Assembly (NCBI GenBank): GCA_902778665.1
Contig: CACYYN010000022.1
Coordinates: 14,614 to 46,613 of the forward strand
Source of the DNA: Oscillospiraceae bacterium
Lineage (GTDB): Bacteria; Bacillota; Clostridia; Oscillospirales; Oscillospiraceae
Direction: 5' to 3'
DNA length: 32,000 bases
The stretch's first letter is position 1. Every line of letters begins with the position of its first letter. The notes under the pieces are model-generated. The model ran no database searches. It was not told the DNA's origin and was given only the letters and a program-made list of their open reading frames with translations. Below, piece after piece: positions 29,908 to 32,000 of the stretch. The position numbers were made by a program, and so were the translations under genes.

Positions 29908-31086
29908 ATGGGCAGGAGGGCAAAATACAAGGCCCGGCCGGACGGGCTGCGGGAGACCACAAAAAGCTATAAGGATTTCGGGCCTTCCCGGTATACCGGC
30001 CGGAAGCACTTCTACGGGCACAGCGATGACGAGGTCGATGCGAAGATCGAGGCCTTTGAGAAGGCGATGAAGTCCGCCCCGGAGAAGAAGGCCCGCTCCT
30101 TCGGAAAGGTCGCCGGTGACTGGTGGCAGGAGAAGGAGCCGACGCTCTCCCCGAATTCCGTCTGCGGATACCGGACGGCCCTGCACCGGGCTGACGAGGA
30201 ATTCGGCAGCATCCCCATCGACGAGATCACCCCGCAGCAGTGCATTGCCTACCTGAAGCGGTTTGCCGCCCAGGGCTACAGCATGAAGGTGATCACGAAC
30301 ACCAAGATCGTGCTGAAAGGGATTCTTGACCATGCGTTCGCCGACGGTGATATCAACAGCAACCCCTGTGCCAATCTGCCGCCGATCAAGGGAGCCGGGA
30401 AAAAGAAACGGCACGCAGCTGAGGATGAGGACATCCAGATTATTGAGCAGACGAAGACGCAGAGCCTATTCGCAAGGATGAGCTACTTCATGCTGTACAC
30501 CGGATGCCGGCGGGGCGAGGCAGCTGCCCTGCAGCAGAAGAACATCGACCGGGAAAAGAAAAAGGCCCGCATCGTGCAGGCGATCGCATACAGCGACACA
30601 AGAAAGCCCCAGCTCAAGCTGCCGAAGAGTGAGGCAGGGTTCCGGGAGATCGATCTCTATGACAATGTGCTGGAGATCCTGCCGGAGTATGAGGATCCGG
30701 AGACCTATGTCTTCTTCCCGGACGGTCTGCCGACGAAGACCTATCTGGAAGCCGGCCTGAAGAAATATCAGGAAGACAACGGCATCCGGGCAACCGCCCA
30801 CCAGCTCCGTCACAGCTATGCCAGCATGCTGCACTCCGCCGGCATCGACGTGAAGGATGCGCAGCATCTTCTCGGGCACAGCACCATCGCCATGACGCAG
30901 GATGTATACACCGAGATCGAGAAGGCGCACGGCAGCGAGATCCGGGAGACGGTGAACGCCTTCATCCAGGACAGGAAGCTGAACAAAGAGAAAAAGACCT
31001 GCCCCGAATGCGGGAGCAGGTATGTGAAAGCACCTGACGGGCATGTGTTTACCTACTGCCCGGACTGCGGTGCAAAACTGGTTTAA
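29908..31086 (+). CDS. int: Tyrosine integrase with a C-terminal zinc ribbon, 392 aa
   Basis: AGGAGGTG lies upstream of the ATG. The catalytic set is TGCRRGE, HQLRHSYAS, LLGHS and QDVYTE. The tail is CPECGSRYVKAPDGHVFTYCPDCG. Confidence 0.95.
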   Translation: MGRRAKYKARPDGLRETTKSYKDFGPSRYTGRKHFYGHSDDEVDAKIEAFEKAMKSAPEKKARSFGKVAGDWWQEKEPTLSPNSVCGYRTALHRADEEFGSIPIDEITPQQCIAYLKRFAAQGYSMKVITNTKIVLKGILDHAFADGDINSNPCANLPPIKGAGKKKRHAAEDEDIQIIEQTKTQSLFARMSYFMLYTGCRRGEAAALQQKNIDREKKKARIVQAIAYSDTRKPQLKLPKSEAGFREIDLYDNVLEILPEYEDPETYVFFPDGLPTKTYLEAGLKKYQEDNGIRATAHQLRHSYASMLHSAGIDVKDAQHLLGHSTIAMTQDVYTEIEKAHGSEIRETVNAFIQDRKLNKEKKTCPECGSRYVKAPDGHVFTYCPDCGAKLV

Positions 31087-31152
31087 GGGTGTCGTATGTC
31101 GTAAAAAATGTCGTAAACGGCTGAGAGGCCCAATAAACACTGGATTCTGTTA

Positions 31153-31178
31153 GGGTTCGAGCCCCCGCTGGAGCACCA
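31153..31178 (+). other. Orphan 3' end of a tRNA gene (T-loop, acceptor 3' strand and CCA), taken as the prophage att core
   Basis: The sequence is gggttcgagcccccgctggagcacca. No complementary 5' acceptor strand (gctccag) lies 60-75 nt upstream, so this is not a complete tRNA. Confidence 0.7.
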
Positions 31179-31182
31179 AAAA

Positions 31183-31221
31183 CCCTTCAAAAGTGAAAGC
31201 TTTTGAAGGGTTTTCTTTTTT
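31183..31221 (+). terminator. Rho-independent terminator of the disrupted tRNA locus (host side)
   Basis: The stem is cccttcaaaag / cttttgaaggg, followed by ttttctttttt. Confidence 0.8.
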
Positions 31222-31367
31222 CTGCTCCGTGATCTCTCTGCTCTGCCGACCTGATCCGGAGAATTTGATAAAACCGGTATTGCTTTTTACCGTCAGATGG
31301 TGATATGATACGAGAAAGGGCAAATCAGGTTGCCCGTTCTGATTTAATAGTACAGGAGGTCTCAGCA

Positions 31368-31967
31368 ATGGTCATCACCATAAGCAGAGAATACGGCGCA
31401 GGCGGACACTCCATCGGCAAAAGCGTTGCGAAAGAACTCGGCATTGAGTTTTACGACCGGGATATCATCAAGGCAGCGGTAAAAGAGAGCGGCCTTGATC
31501 TGCCTGAGGTGGAACGTGTAGAAGAAGAGCTCACCCGCACCGGAATATTCCTGCGGATGATTTCTCCCGCTGCCTATGTGGATGAACAGCACACCGTTCA
31601 TGCAATTGAGCAGCGCGTCATAGTGGAGCTGGCTTTGAAGGAATCTTGTGTCATCCTCGGCAGATGTGCAGACGATATTCTTGAGAAAGCAAATATCCCC
31701 TGTCTGAATGTTTTTCTGTACGCCAGTGACATCCACCGGGCAGCCCGTGTCGGTGAGCTGATCGGCAGTAAGAATCCCACGGAAATTCAGAAGAAAATGC
31801 AGAAGACCGATGCCGCCCGTCGTACCTTCTATGAGCAGTTCACAGGAAAACACTGGGGCGACAGCCGCAATTATACGCTTTCACTGGACACCGGGTTTCT
31901 GGGCTACGACACCTGTATACAGCTGATCTGTGAAGCTGCCCGCAAAGCCGACGCTTTCCAGATCTGA
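31368..31967 (+). CDS. Cytidylate-kinase-like family protein (host gene), 199 aa
   Basis: The start is at MVITISREYGAGGHSIGKSVAKELGIEFYDRDII, preceded by AGGAGG. The N-terminal P-loop-like motif is typical of this family. Confidence 0.75.
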   Translation: MVITISREYGAGGHSIGKSVAKELGIEFYDRDIIKAAVKESGLDLPEVERVEEELTRTGIFLRMISPAAYVDEQHTVHAIEQRVIVELALKESCVILGRCADDILEKANIPCLNVFLYASDIHRAARVGELIGSKNPTEIQKKMQKTDAARRTFYEQFTGKHWGDSRNYTLSLDTGFLGYDTCIQLICEAARKADAFQI

Positions 31968-32000
31968 TCCGCATCGGAGAAATATATCCGCTTTTCAGAA

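Larger units (their letters stand above)
1..31178. mobile_element. Temperate siphovirus-type prophage. The left end lies beyond the window. The right end is at a tRNA-derived att core.
   Basis: There is a contiguous, collinear phage module order from lysis and tail genes through to the integrase. The integrase sits next to an orphan tRNA 3' end and a host-type terminator. Confidence 0.9.

Noticed and set aside
29743-31140. Two long minus-strand ORFs (223 and 224 aa) lie opposite the integrase.
   Set aside because: They are antisense shadows of a GC-rich gene with Arg/Pro/Gly/Leu-rich junk composition. The plus-strand frame carries all the tyrosine-recombinase motifs.
31100-31178. A possible complete tRNA gene ends at the CCA at 31176-31178.
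   Set aside because: Only the T-loop and acceptor 3' strand are present. There is no complementary 5' acceptor strand, D-arm or anticodon arm upstream. The upstream T-stem strand is also degenerate (tAGGG where CGGGG would be needed).
31150-31368. A 72-aa minus-strand ORF.
   Set aside because: It overlaps the tRNA fragment, its terminator and the promoter region of the host gene. It has no RBS.

Overview
The window holds nearly all of a temperate siphovirus-type prophage (1..~31178) and about 0.8 kb of host flank. The host looks Firmicutes/Clostridia-like, inferred from strong GGAGG ribosome-binding sites and gene families.

Almost all phage genes are on the minus strand. From right to left they are:
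- a Cro-like gene at the CI/Cro switch (~28.3 kb), followed by a run of small early genes;
- a PcfK/PcfJ/DUF3102 block;
- a putative HUH Rep-like initiator and a RinA/ArpU-like late activator;
- HNH endonuclease, TerS, TerL, portal, S78 prohead protease and HK97 major capsid;
- head-tail connectors, major tail protein, and a G/GT chaperone with an A9 slippery site;
- TP901-type tape measure, distal tail and fibre proteins, and an endolysin cut by the left window edge.

The right end carries a tyrosine integrase (+), an orphan tRNA 3' fragment (att core) with its terminator, and then a host cytidylate-kinase-like gene.

The main pattern is that everything on the plus strand inside the phage looks like a self-contained, lysogeny-type insert:
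1. an RHH protein plus a ClpP-fold serine protease, between the tail fibre and the lysin;
2. a small 2-TM protein plus an Arc-like RHH protein, between the late activator and the late operon;
3. a single NYN-nuclease cassette with its own promoter and terminator, bracketed by a 49-bp direct repeat;
4. a ~390-nt promoter-to-terminator unit bracketed by a 28-bp inverted repeat, whose coding status is unresolved.

A fifth accessory candidate is a GNAT-acetyltransferase/small-partner pair on the minus strand, between repressor and integrase.

All functional calls come from motif recognition by eye. No database search was run.
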